Source of the DNA: a virus | Lineage: Duplodnaviria > Caudoviricetes | DNA length: 50,972 bases | Virus record (IMG/VR): IMGVR_UViG_3300026191_000002 | Location: 1 to 50,972 of that record | Strand: one strand, 5' to 3' | Shown: in pieces, positions 18,401 through 26,638 of the stretch | How the letters are laid out: every line of letters begins with the position of its first letter | How positions within the stretch are numbered: the first letter of the stretch is position 1 | Made by a program: the position numbers and the translations under genes | Notes under the pieces: model-generated | Told to the model about the DNA's origin: nothing | Database searches by the model: none | What the model saw: only the letters and a program-made list of their open reading frames with translations

Positions 18401-18588
18401 TCGTTCGTTTCTTTAAATACGATATGCCCAGCTTTCTTTTGTACTTTCCCGTATATTTTCGCAATACTTGCATCAGTTTCAGCGCTAGTTAGTTCAGCGC
18501 CTGGTGCCAATTGTTTTGGTGGGTCCGGCATCAGCCAGCCGAATATCGCTCCACCAAGAAACGAAACTGCATCGTCTAAAAAGCCCAT
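15457..18588 (-). CDS. Tail tip/central fibre protein (gpJ-like)
   Basis: 1043 aa; IYG, NPATALLDYLTNPIYGKG and RFNRVSVTY motifs, FN3 repeats, coiled coil. Confidence 0.85.
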   Translation of the reverse strand: MGFLDDAVSFLGGAIFGWLMPDPPKQLAPGAELTSAETDASIAKIYGKVQKKAGHIVFKETNDNDNDDYPNDLLHIIVVWSEAVESIDEVYIDDIPNSSNDDAFFAGDKRAVYVRNFTNGMGNYYDPLLAKAGWRDADKLEGKACSYIRLEYHDDETAITSEPNLTADLTGTTFTNPATALLDYLTNPIYGKGLPSSYINYNSFAYAEALCNSDVEEQKESGEFRDLFSCNIALDTGSTVLENVNTLLKPMRGWLPIINGQLKLLIEEDSTPVDLPILEEDILQMGKITEGNKNNRFNRVSVTYYDPAADGSKQEAVYPEPDSDIFDQLLAEDNGFIREESVDLKTCRNYYEALEFAKTYLEVSRQQLRTKITLPKWATIYDVGDIVPVTYLSGLPFWDGKLFRIESKEENREEVTLSVREHQPYIYDFFGEGNKPELPDTAYTSKEPDAPTDLNIEHIYSNFVQVRVRWVSESQRFDYRVLKGDVIVQTERVATHEVELTGFDLGEYRFQVRALSGLGKRSGWAEIPLVMQEPSIPTNIEVIADDLDLEVIPYLAGSDSSTAFLFSISYDVTDEEPPLPHRGPAHTYTFTGLAPNTEYKIWVCSHNPLGDSEWTSVLATTTSTSARWEDIVKSVQLPGLPANLGDTISGVVDDISNWSKQTGDLAEEYETLVYNVTQVEQANQVNSLEIIGVKQKVGEQTVQAQISEFKNAQIGYEDDNGDWVPGAAFAQAFEEVKINNLEGQEVSVFSYFQALETALGEVQGEIQFAIDANGRMTGVFIRGSQDVSEIIFLATNTYWVDSEGYVVLGVNSATNELEFFGSGRFWGKLVSPEFQMIGANFMKVELADGFGPDSLWYWYGPKILDNDGEPKLSDLTKLNAIEWKDTTGNAYFGGSLSAGVFKNAARSTTLNLNPEVEVGPFSTFGGSKVIVYSIIWAGNSTEDGQCSNVQFDADCTITIQRKIGGGAWTTLQTSHAVAEVTRNYFSEFDHCVTSERMNASFTITDSNPSQENFSYRAVVSNQQRWHLQQFINMQQLSLIITEE

Positions 18589-19215
18589 TTATGGCAACTC
18601 CGGATCAGGAAATTTTGAACGCGTTCTTGTTGTGTCGTAACCGTATGAAGCAGATGAAGGCGCTTTGCGGCCCCAGTAAATTTTGCGCTTAGCTTTTGCT
18701 ACATGGTCGAATGCGGTATCAGTTGGATAGTTGCGCTGCTGGCTCTTTGTGTTGGTTCTTGTGCCGGCTTCTTTATCGAAGTCAGCCCAAACTGATGAAA
18801 CGTTAGCGAGTATTTTTCTTTCTTCGGGGTCAAGCTCTCTTGAATCCAGCAAGCCTTCGAAGATGTTGTTCGTTAAAATAAGGCCTAAGTGGTCATAGTG
18901 TTGTTCATAGATAGTTGCTGAACCATTCATCCAGCCTTCGTTCAAGAAAAGCGGAACAAAGCTGTTCTCGTTCGCATCAATTTCAACACCTATATCGTTT
19001 GTCTTTGGCTCAGAAGTTGATTCAATATCATCAATACTTTCATCATCGATGTAGCCGGGGTAATAGGTAGCGCCAGCAAAATCAATCTCGGTATCTGCAT
19101 CAGTGATATAGGCCCATTCACCGTTGATTTGCATTTTCACCAGATAAATAGTTTTCCTCCCCGCGCGGTAGTTTTCTTTCAACCGTTGCAGGGTTATTGA
19201 ATCTAGTTGCTTCAT
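18589..19215 (-). CDS. Minor tail/hub protein (DUF2163/gpL-like)
   Basis: YITDAD..I.F.G.TY, IFEG and SQQRNYPTD..F......IYWG motifs; synteny. Confidence 0.7.
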   Translation of the reverse strand: MKQLDSITLQRLKENYRAGRKTIYLVKMQINGEWAYITDADTEIDFAGATYYPGYIDDESIDDIESTSEPKTNDIGVEIDANENSFVPLFLNEGWMNGSATIYEQHYDHLGLILTNNIFEGLLDSRELDPEERKILANVSSVWADFDKEAGTRTNTKSQQRNYPTDTAFDHVAKAKRKIYWGRKAPSSASYGYDTTRTRSKFPDPELP

Positions 19216-19799
19216 ATTTGTTCGATTAGCTCTACATAGTGAGAACCCCAGCGTGCTTTATCTGCTGTTGTTGCATCGCTATCGCGATCAGTCATTGAGA
19301 CCTGGAATTCGACGGCATCACCGTATTTAATGGTTGATGGTGAAATGTAATTTTGAATGAGAGGTTGGGTTAATTTGACCGTAACCCGCCCCGCTGCATC
19401 AGCGTTCGCATCGCTAAGTACGCGATAGGCTTTTTTGCTACCGTTGATTTGCAAGAAATCACCAGCAATTACTGCATCAATTTCGCTTGAGGGAACACCA
19501 CCAAGAACAATGGTGTCCGCACCTTTATTCGCGGCCTGATACAAATAAAGCCCTGTTTGGGCTTTATGTGAAATCATTGGATTAGGTAGTGCGAAAACTT
19601 CAAATTCGCCTTGGTAGCTATCAAGCATCGCATCGATGCGTGAGAACTCTCGATAAGGCTTTATTTGCGATTGAAGGCTAAACTGGTAGTAAGGCTCTTT
19701 ACCGCTTTTAGAGCGGTAACGTCTTAACCTAGCTTTTGGAATAATAGTGTGACTTATCAACTCGGCCTGAATTGATTCGAAATCATTAGTAGGAAACAT
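19212..19799 (-). CDS. Distal tail protein-like
   Basis: Immediately after the tape measure; AGDFLQI..K.Y.V motif. Confidence 0.65.
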   Translation of the reverse strand: MFPTNDFESIQAELISHTIIPKARLRRYRSKSGKEPYYQFSLQSQIKPYREFSRIDAMLDSYQGEFEVFALPNPMISHKAQTGLYLYQAANKGADTIVLGGVPSSEIDAVIAGDFLQINGSKKAYRVLSDANADAAGRVTVKLTQPLIQNYISPSTIKYGDAVEFQVSMTDRDSDATTADKARWGSHYVELIEQI

Positions 19800-21712
19800 T
19801 AACGCGGCCTTGAAAGTTCGGATTGAATTTTTCTCAAAAAGGCTTTGGGCAGTTTATTTACTTTCGCCAACATTTCTTCGGGCGATAAGTTGCCACCGTT
19901 TATAGTAATCGGCGCATTAATACTGGTTCCCTCACCTTGCCCGCGTGTTAAGTCGATAACCTTTTCGCGCGGGTGAAGCATGGCTAACTTACCACCCTTT
20001 CCATCCATACCACCGACACGAGCACCTGCGCCGGTAAAGCCGCCGCCGTCGTATGACGCTAGCGCGGCACTGGCAGTAAGGGCTGAAATTGATGCGGCGA
20101 TAGGTTGTGTAATAGATAGCGCAGTACCCATGGCAGCAGGAGCCATGGCTGGTCCAACAATAGGAATAGCGGCCGTACTTTGGAAGGCATTAAGACCCGC
20201 CATCAATGAAGACGCTTGAGCGTTCAAAGCAAGTCCGGCGGCACCGGCTACTGCGGCACTTTTGCCAACAAACATCTGAACAAGTTGATACGCTAACCAT
20301 TGTGCAGCCATTTGGCCTAAAGCATTGACCACACTTCTAGCCATTCCCTGCATGACGCCTTGGAAAGCATCACCCAAACTCTGAGAGTCAAATATTACAG
20401 ACTCTAACGCGTTCCCCATTTGCCCAGAGAAATTCTCAATTGTGCTAGCAGAAAGCTCATCAAAGTTTGTTAAATTTGATTCAGCTGCCTGAAGCCAATT
20501 ATCCCAAAATGTCGTACTTTCAACGAATAGATTATCGTAAGCAGCAAAACCCCTTTGTTCAAACTTTTCCCAGAATTGCAGATCATCATCTGTCATCTGG
20601 TTATCAAAATTGAACGCATTAGCATTCATTTCATCTATGTAATAAAGGCTATTTAAAAATGAGCTTTCTGCTTGCTCTATAGGTTTGGTGTCTATGTTCG
20701 TAACAGCCCCTTCAATTTTGAAGGGATTTTCAAGGCCAGCGAAGATATTGTCGGTTTCACCATAACCAAACTCAAAATCAATTGGTTCGCCTTTAATTTT
20801 TCTGGTTAGCTTATCGTACTGATTAGAAAGATATTCTGCACGCTGAGTTAGCCTATCCAACTCTTCAGTATCAATGTCGGCACCAACTATGTCCTTAAAA
20901 GCTATAAACGATAGTTTCGCCTCGGTTACGAACTTATCTATTTCAATAAAGTCGCGTTCAAAGCGTACAATTGAACCCTGGTAAAAATCATCAATTGCTT
21001 CAGCAATATCAGCTAGAGGCTCTACAAAAGAGGATGCCAAGCTAAACTTTAACTTCTGGCCTGCTGCCTCCAACCGTGCCATTTCATCAGAAAGTTCTTT
21101 TACTTTCGTTACATCTGTTTCTGATATAGCTAAGTTTAAATCTCGATACTCAGAAGCGAGAGAATTAATTGCCGCTCCATTGTCTTCAAGTGCCGGAATA
21201 AGTAGCGTGGCATCATTGGCAAGCGACTCCATGTAGAAGACTTGCTCTTTGGCTGAAACGTTCGCATCGTCCATTGCCTTCTTAACAGCAATAAGGACTT
21301 CGCTGCTTGAAAGGTTTTTCAATGCATCAGCGGTCAAACCGACCTTGGGTGCAACTTGCTCGAAGAAGTCCTTGAACGGGCCTGCACCTGTAGCTAGGAA
21401 ATCACCCAGCTTGTCTTGAACATCTTTCGAAATATCAGCGAACTTCTCTTGACTGATATTAAACTGGCCATAGGCGTAACTTAGCGCCTGAAACTCTTCA
21501 ACAGTAACGCCAGCAAGCTTGGCTTGGGCATCCAACTCTTTCGCTGAGTTAACTGCACTGCTTGCCATTACCGCAAAAGAAGCAGTAACACCAGCTACTG
21601 CAGCTGCAGTAGTAACTGCCTGCTTGGTTACCGTTCCTAGCTTGGAGTTGATCGCGGTGAAAGCCTGGGCGGTTTTATCCTGCGCTGAGATAATAAATTC
21701 GTATTTACTCAC
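19799..21712 (-). CDS. Tape measure protein
   Basis: ISAQDKT start, Ala-rich helical body, IPIVGPA and YDGGGFTG..GGMDGKGG..AMLHPRE motifs. Confidence 0.9.
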   Translation of the reverse strand: MSKYEFIISAQDKTAQAFTAINSKLGTVTKQAVTTAAAVAGVTASFAVMASSAVNSAKELDAQAKLAGVTVEEFQALSYAYGQFNISQEKFADISKDVQDKLGDFLATGAGPFKDFFEQVAPKVGLTADALKNLSSSEVLIAVKKAMDDANVSAKEQVFYMESLANDATLLIPALEDNGAAINSLASEYRDLNLAISETDVTKVKELSDEMARLEAAGQKLKFSLASSFVEPLADIAEAIDDFYQGSIVRFERDFIEIDKFVTEAKLSFIAFKDIVGADIDTEELDRLTQRAEYLSNQYDKLTRKIKGEPIDFEFGYGETDNIFAGLENPFKIEGAVTNIDTKPIEQAESSFLNSLYYIDEMNANAFNFDNQMTDDDLQFWEKFEQRGFAAYDNLFVESTTFWDNWLQAAESNLTNFDELSASTIENFSGQMGNALESVIFDSQSLGDAFQGVMQGMARSVVNALGQMAAQWLAYQLVQMFVGKSAAVAGAAGLALNAQASSLMAGLNAFQSTAAIPIVGPAMAPAAMGTALSITQPIAASISALTASAALASYDGGGFTGAGARVGGMDGKGGKLAMLHPREKVIDLTRGQGEGTSINAPITINGGNLSPEEMLAKVNKLPKAFLRKIQSELSRPR

Positions 21713-22016
21713 TATTCACCTGATTATCAATTATTCGCATGGCTTCAAGGTATTTGTGCGGCTGTTCGAGAACGCCACCAGACAGGCACAGTTGCCCCTG
21801 CTTGTAAAAGCCATAGAGATTTAAAAGGTTATTACTTTGCGGTGTTACTTGACCTAGAGGGCAAATGCGGGTTGATTCAATTTTGCCATCTATTTTTATA
21901 TCCCATTTATCGAAGGGTGCGGGGTTAGTTTCGTCGCAGTGCCTACCCCATGTGCAATTGTCGCAATTAAACGCATCACGTTTTTTTGCAACTTCTACTG
22001 CGATAATTAGTTTTTT
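21705..22016 (-). CDS. -1 frameshift extension of the tail chaperone (gpGT-like; not in ORF track)
   Basis: Slippery A AAA AAC at 22016-22010; the -1 frame is open for ~100 codons (KLIIAVEV...GGVLEQPHKYLEAMRII...) to TAA at 21705. Confidence 0.85.
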   Translation of the reverse strand, partial: KKLIIAVEVAKKRDAFNCDNCTWGRHCDETNPAPFDKWDIKIDGKIESTRICPLGQVTPQSNNLLNLYGFYKQGQLCLSGGVLEQPHKYLEAMRIIDNQVNSE

Positions 22017-22351
22017 CTTTCTAACTCTGCCAGCGCTGATTTGTTGTAAATTGCTTGCGCTACTTGAACGAGGTCTAACGCTGGGATTTTTGAAATCTGC
22101 GAGGCATCTTCTAAACCATAAGTAAGAAGTAACTTCACACCTACCGAATTCATTTTGTTAATACCATTTTTAACCTCGTAACCATCCATCATCACTTCCA
22201 TAAACTGAAGCGAATTAAGTGGCTTAATGCGGTAGCCTTTGGCGTTGTCTTTGAGTAAAGGCTTGTCGTCAGCGCCTTTAAGTAGTTCACCATCATCACT
22301 CTTTTGATAAGCGCTCAGTGGGTAGTGAGTTTCAACTGCTAGTGCTTGCAT
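22007..22351 (-). CDS. Tail assembly chaperone (gpG-like)
   Basis: Between tail tube and tape measure; ends on a slippery heptamer. Confidence 0.8.
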   Translation of the reverse strand: MQALAVETHYPLSAYQKSDDGELLKGADDKPLLKDNAKGYRIKPLNSLQFMEVMMDGYEVKNGINKMNSVGVKLLLTYGLEDASQISKIPALDLVQVAQAIYNKSALAELERKN

Positions 22352-22360
22352 GATAAATCC

Positions 22361-23278
22361 TTACTTAAACTCAATCGTGAATTCGTCATCACCCAGCGTT
22401 TCGTGCGCGCCGTAGGTTAAGTCATCAGTTCTTCGCTGATCACGCTCACCCGCTGAAATATCTCGAATACCCGCCTTCGCACTAACATTCCAAATGTTAC
22501 CCGCAACTTTGCCTACATCGCCGGTAGTCATATCCATAAGCTCACCGTTTTTAAACTTCGTTTCGAAGTCGATCACGGAAATCTTTTGTGCTTCTGGGTC
22601 AATCGAGCCGTTCGGGTCACGCTTTGATATTTCTACTTGCGCATAACCGTCTGCTTCACGGACATTGCCAGGTGTAGAAATCGTGTTACCGAATGCTAGA
22701 GAGAAAGAATTAATGATTGCGTCATAGCCACCGATAGAGAAAGGAACTTCAATAAATGGGCGTGGAACGGTTGCGTTGTATGCGAGCGATGGGAAGTTTT
22801 GGTCAACACGACCTGCATCCTTTCCAGTAAATTCAAACTGGATTGTGCCTAAACCGCCTGCTTCAGCGTTAATTGTTGCCGTACCTTTGGCGCCAATAAT
22901 TTTATTTAAACGGCCATCTTGGTAGTAGTAAATGGTGCAGGACTCATGGCCTTCAGATACTGGCTGATAGATAACACTCGCGCCGATAGTCTCAGACAAA
23001 CCACAACAGCGTAATGCTTGACCAATTTCAGGAGCAACGCCAGCAGTACCAGAACCCTTCAGTTCTGCGGTGAAAGTTAGCTTTTTAAGCGTCCCCGCAA
23101 AGATAGATTGTTCAGTTGAAATGGTAGGCTTAATAAGGGGGCGCTCAACCATTCGCAAACCTTCATTTGCGTAACTTAACTCTGAAACCAAAATGGCATC
23201 AGCTGATGGATCTGGCGCGGCTTCAACACCTTGGGTGGTTTCAATTTTTAAGGCAATGGCCTCTTTAGTAGTAAGCAT
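22361..23278 (-). CDS. Major tail tube protein
   Basis: KIETT.G, ELKGSGTAGVAP and beta-rich composition; synteny. Confidence 0.8.
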   Translation of the reverse strand: MLTTKEAIALKIETTQGVEAAPDPSADAILVSELSYANEGLRMVERPLIKPTISTEQSIFAGTLKKLTFTAELKGSGTAGVAPEIGQALRCCGLSETIGASVIYQPVSEGHESCTIYYYQDGRLNKIIGAKGTATINAEAGGLGTIQFEFTGKDAGRVDQNFPSLAYNATVPRPFIEVPFSIGGYDAIINSFSLAFGNTISTPGNVREADGYAQVEISKRDPNGSIDPEAQKISVIDFETKFKNGELMDMTTGDVGKVAGNIWNVSAKAGIRDISAGERDQRRTDDLTYGAHETLGDDEFTIEFK

Positions 23279-23280
23279 GC

Positions 23281-23361
23281 TCAGTCCTCTTTACTTTGCT
23301 TCTTTGGAGCCGGTGCCTTAGTGCTACCGCCTTTACGTGTTCTGAATTCGCGCTTTTTCAT
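23281..23361 (-). CDS. Small basic peptide (26 aa)
   Basis: MKKREFRTRKGGSTKAPAPKKQSKED with AGGTG RBS; abuts the tail tube start. Confidence 0.45.
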   Translation of the reverse strand: MKKREFRTRKGGSTKAPAPKKQSKED

Positions 23362-23373
23362 GTCTTCACCTAC

Positions 23374-23432
23374 AAAAAAACCCGCTCAGTGGCGGGTGAA
23401 TTACGGGCAATAAAAAACCCGCCGAAGCGGGT
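23374..23432 (-). terminator. Two tandem intrinsic terminators
   Basis: ACCCGC-TTCG-GCGGGT plus T run (23412-23432) and ACCCGC-N6-GCGGGT plus T run (23374-23397). Confidence 0.85.
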
Positions 23433-23437
23433 CTATA

Positions 23438-23788
23438 TTAATTTGTGCTGGCTACAGTCTCGGACGTTTGCCAATCCTTAACAACCCCAGTTTCGTCTAG
23501 GGTCACTATTAGATATTGAACGGTGCTAGTAGCACCACCTGTAAACAAACCAACAACCGGTATATAGGTAGATGCTTTCACATCGGTGTTAGCATAAGAG
23601 TAAGCAAGCATGCGCTCGCCCTCAGAATTGTTTGTTACAGTAATAGGCTTACCAAGAGCAGCTAATACCTCGCGCTCAGTAGTTTCGCCCTTTATAAAAT
23701 GATTAGCTTTTGCCGTATCTATTGGCTTTCCAACTGAATAACAGCCTGCCAATGCTATAGACAATAATAGTATTGATATAAATTTCAT
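23438..23788 (-). CDS. Moron lipoprotein, BamE/SmpA-like fold
   Basis: Signal peptide with LAGC lipobox; IKGETTEREVLAALGKP motif; own promoter and terminator. Confidence 0.8.
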   Translation of the reverse strand: MKFISILLLSIALAGCYSVGKPIDTAKANHFIKGETTEREVLAALGKPITVTNNSEGERMLAYSYANTDVKASTYIPVVGLFTGGATSTVQYLIVTLDETGVVKDWQTSETVASTN

Positions 23789-23819
23789 TAACCTTCTTCC
23801 CTGAATAAAGTGGAGTTTA

Positions 23820-23848
23820 AATATACGCCAATAATTAAGATGTTACAA
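23820..23848 (-). promoter_or_regulatory. sigma70 promoter of the lipoprotein moron
   Basis: TTGTAA-17 bp-TATATT. Confidence 0.6.
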
Positions 23849-24274
23849 ACTAGGGTCTGCAACACTGGTTCTGTATTTAACAAGCCATGCAACACTAGTC
23901 ACACTGTTGTATAAGTCAGAGTCATCGGAACGCTTTGGTTCCTGCTGACCAATGGGGTCGATTTCAGTAACGAAATCTAAACCAAGCGTATAATCTGCCA
24001 TTAGCGCTTTGTGAATTTCCTTTCTCACATTTTGCGATAACGCATCCACATCTTCATCGGTTGAACTGATCGTTATATCTGTATAGACAGTTAATTCCCA
24101 ATTGATAAACGCACTATTTTTACTAGCCACATCATCGGGGCCAATTAATACGCTTATCGATGGGTAATCATGAGAGTGGCGAGCTCCCCTTGTTATCTCT
24201 TTTACAGTGTCATTTGCTACCAGAGGTTCAAGTGACGAGATAATTGCATCACGGATAACAATAGTTTTATGCAC
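23843..24274 (-). CDS. Tail terminator protein (gpU-like)
   Basis: IRDAII, YPSISV and ALMADYTLG motifs; synteny. Confidence 0.65.
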   Translation of the reverse strand: MHKTIVIRDAIISSLEPLVANDTVKEITRGARHSHDYPSISVLIGPDDVASKNSAFINWELTVYTDITISSTDEDVDALSQNVRKEIHKALMADYTLGLDFVTEIDPIGQQEPKRSDDSDLYNSVTSVAWLVKYRTSVADPSL

Positions 24275-24551
24275 TCTTTAACTCCAAGTCCACTAACGGT
24301 TCATCAATATCCGGTATATAAGTGACAACGTAACTACGGTTACGAACCACAATAGCATCACCTTTTTTAAAGCGGACCATATCTTCTTTTTTAACAGAGA
24401 GCGTAGTCTTCCTAAAAAGACCCGCTTCTTCTTCGAATGTTTCATCATCAAAGATAGCCCTAACTTCGACGCCATTTATAAAAATTGGCTCACCGAAGTG
24501 TTCAAGGCACTCATCACCTAGCGAAGCTAGAGCCTCTTTGAAATTAAACAT
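24267..24551 (-). CDS. Head-tail joining protein (gpFII-like)
   Basis: FGEP..I.G.EVRAIFD..KGD.I.V...Y.V pattern; synteny. Confidence 0.7.
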   Translation of the reverse strand: MFNFKEALASLGDECLEHFGEPIFINGVEVRAIFDDETFEEEAGLFRKTTLSVKKEDMVRFKKGDAIVVRNRSYVVTYIPDIDEPLVDLELKSA

Positions 24552-24556
24552 CTAAA

Positions 24557-24811
24557 CTACTCTTCGCCGTCTTCTTCGCTGTTCGTAGACTCTTTACTAA
24601 CGGCCAAACCGTCTTCAATTAGTCCTTTCGCTACCGATTCAATAAGAGAGTGTGAGCCGGGCTTGAGAGGTTCTGCACCTGGTACAAACTGAACAGTTTT
24701 AGAAAGGTAAACTTCAACCTTATTTTCATTTGAAACTTTCGACTCTGCATTATCAGTATCTTTAGATGAAGCTGCATTTGCCGCTTTTTGCTTTGCTGTT
24801 TGAGCTGTCAT
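24557..24811 (-). CDS. Small head-associated protein (gpFI position)
   Basis: Directly downstream of the capsid gene; A..LI..GLA motif. Confidence 0.55.
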   Translation of the reverse strand: MTAQTAKQKAANAASSKDTDNAESKVSNENKVEVYLSKTVQFVPGAEPLKPGSHSLIESVAKGLIEDGLAVSKESTNSEEDGEE

Positions 24812-24850
24812 AAATAACCTTTAGGCGGGTTAAACCCGCCACATTGAAAA

Positions 24851-25882
24851 TTAAAGGACTGTTACATCAACAAACGCGTTTGGATCAGGCGTAACCATTA
24901 GGGGCGCTGATTGCGTCATGATGTACTCTACCGATGGATCTTCTTGCATCCAGTTTTTCGGATAGCGAGAAGCTGAAACAATGCCTTCGTCGTTAGCGCG
25001 AACATCTTGGATTGCGCCATAGCAGCGAATACCCTCATAAGATGAGTTACCCAAAAGAATTTTACCTACTGGCATATAGTATTCTTTGTTGCCCGTTTCA
25101 GCATCGATGTACTGGCCTGTGTAAACCCAAATCGCCACATCACCAAAGTAACCTTTAAAGCTAACTGCCATACCAAGGTCTTTAGTTGCCGTTTCCATTT
25201 CTGAAGAACTGCCACGGCGAGTGTCTAAGTTGTCTTTTACAGACTTGAACGAGTAGAACTTAGCCCAAGCCGTTTTGCCCATAACGATGGTATTAATGTT
25301 GCCCGTAGCATTTTCTGCCCAGTTGGTAATGTCATCGGTTGGATCGTAAGTTTCAGGGTCTACTACATCCCATTTAGCGCCCGCTGCTAGAGTGATGCTG
25401 TTTTCAGGATTCCGGCCAAAATCAACTACTTGCTTTTCGTAGTCTTCACCGTCAACGGTAACAGAACCAGTAAGCACGGCTTGTGCCGCCATCCACTCTT
25501 CACGAGCGGTAATTGCTTTATCTTGGCGTTCAAGCAACTCTACAACGGTTGCTTGTCTTCGCTGCGCAGGCGTTAGTTCACCCAAATAAGATTCGCCAGG
25601 GCGGCGTTTCAGGTTATTCGAAGGTTTCACTGCATGCTTTGGTTTAACATAAGCAGGCGTGAATTTTTTAAGTTCTCCACCTTTTTCTTTGTGCACCTTG
25701 CCAGCAATCATAGGTGATACGAACGGCGCCATAACTACATCGTCATGGATTTTATCAAAGTGGATGCTTTCATCTGGCGAAGTTACAACGCTGCCGAAAA
25801 ACAGACGTAGAAAGAACGGGTCAAATTTGCCCATTGTAGAAACAATTGAAAGCATTGTGCTAGTTGCTAGAGGGGTAAACAT
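24851..25882 (-). CDS. Major capsid protein (lambda gpE family)
   Basis: MAPFVSP, FTPAYVKPKH, RRPGE, REEWMAAQA and MTQSAPL motifs. Confidence 0.95.
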   Translation of the reverse strand: MFTPLATSTMLSIVSTMGKFDPFFLRLFFGSVVTSPDESIHFDKIHDDVVMAPFVSPMIAGKVHKEKGGELKKFTPAYVKPKHAVKPSNNLKRRPGESYLGELTPAQRRQATVVELLERQDKAITAREEWMAAQAVLTGSVTVDGEDYEKQVVDFGRNPENSITLAAGAKWDVVDPETYDPTDDITNWAENATGNINTIVMGKTAWAKFYSFKSVKDNLDTRRGSSSEMETATKDLGMAVSFKGYFGDVAIWVYTGQYIDAETGNKEYYMPVGKILLGNSSYEGIRCYGAIQDVRANDEGIVSASRYPKNWMQEDPSVEYIMTQSAPLMVTPDPNAFVDVTVL

Positions 25883-25894
25883 TGTGCGCGCTCC

Positions 25895-26254
25895 TTATAA
25901 AACGGCTGATTGTTTTTGTAGGCTGATTGGTGTGCCTACAAAAGCAGTTAATTTTTTAGTGGCATCAAAGTTTGCATGCCAGTTCAATTGCTCAGGGTCG
26001 AACGTTCCCGACTTAATTACCTGCGATTGTGTGTCACCAGCTGACGCATCAACAGCTTGTGCAGTAAGGTAAACCGCTGTTTGGCTACCGTTAGTCGCTG
26101 AAGGGTTACATTCAACGAACTTACCAGTAGCGGTAACTTGACCAAGCGGGGTATTTGCTGGCAGGTTCTGACCAGACGCGATAGTTACGCTAGTAGTAGC
26201 GATTTCATCACTGCCAGAGACAGGATGATCATAGTTGTAAGATTCAGTAGTCAT
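25895..26254 (-). CDS. Head decoration protein (gpD-like)
   Basis: TIASGQNL..TPLG..GSQTAV..SGTF...L.W; between protease and capsid. Confidence 0.85.
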   Translation of the reverse strand: MTTESYNYDHPVSGSDEIATTSVTIASGQNLPANTPLGQVTATGKFVECNPSATNGSQTAVYLTAQAVDASAGDTQSQVIKSGTFDPEQLNWHANFDATKKLTAFVGTPISLQKQSAVL

Positions 26255-26638
26255 TTACTTTGCTCCGGTAGCAGTTTTGTAAGATTGAACGAACTGTTCT
26301 GCCTCTGAAGGTTCAGAGTCTTCAGCAACAGTCGCGATATTTGGTTGCTCAGTATTTGCCATCGCAACATCAAGCGCATTACCCTGTTGAGCGCTAGCTG
26401 ATTGTTGTGGGGCCTTAGCTAAAACACCCAGCGCTTGCTCTACTGACATATCAGTGTCAAAAGCCAAGTGGTGGGCTAAGTCTTTTCGACCTTCTGCAGC
26501 TTCAGCCGTGATAATGGCTTTACAACGTGCTTGATGGTCTACCGTATTTTCAGTTGTAGCGGTAGCTGGCGTAGCAGCTTGGGCTTCTTCACCGGCAGTT
26601 ACCGACTCAGTTGCCACCGAAGTAGATTGTTCACTCAT
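26255..26638 (-). CDS. Nested in-frame scaffolding protein (Nu3-like)
   Basis: Internal ATG (MSEQSTSV) preceded by GGAG at 7 nt; Ala-rich EAAEGRKDLA..LA segment. Confidence 0.65.
   Translation of the reverse strand: MSEQSTSVATESVTAGEEAQAATPATATTENTVDHQARCKAIITAEAAEGRKDLAHHLAFDTDMSVEQALGVLAKAPQQSASAQQGNALDVAMANTEQPNIATVAEDSEPSEAEQFVQSYKTATGAK

Noticed and set aside
7330-18588. Diversity-generating retroelement or invertible tail-fibre shufflon
   Set aside because: No reverse transcriptase, TR/VR pair, invertase or inverted cassettes were seen.
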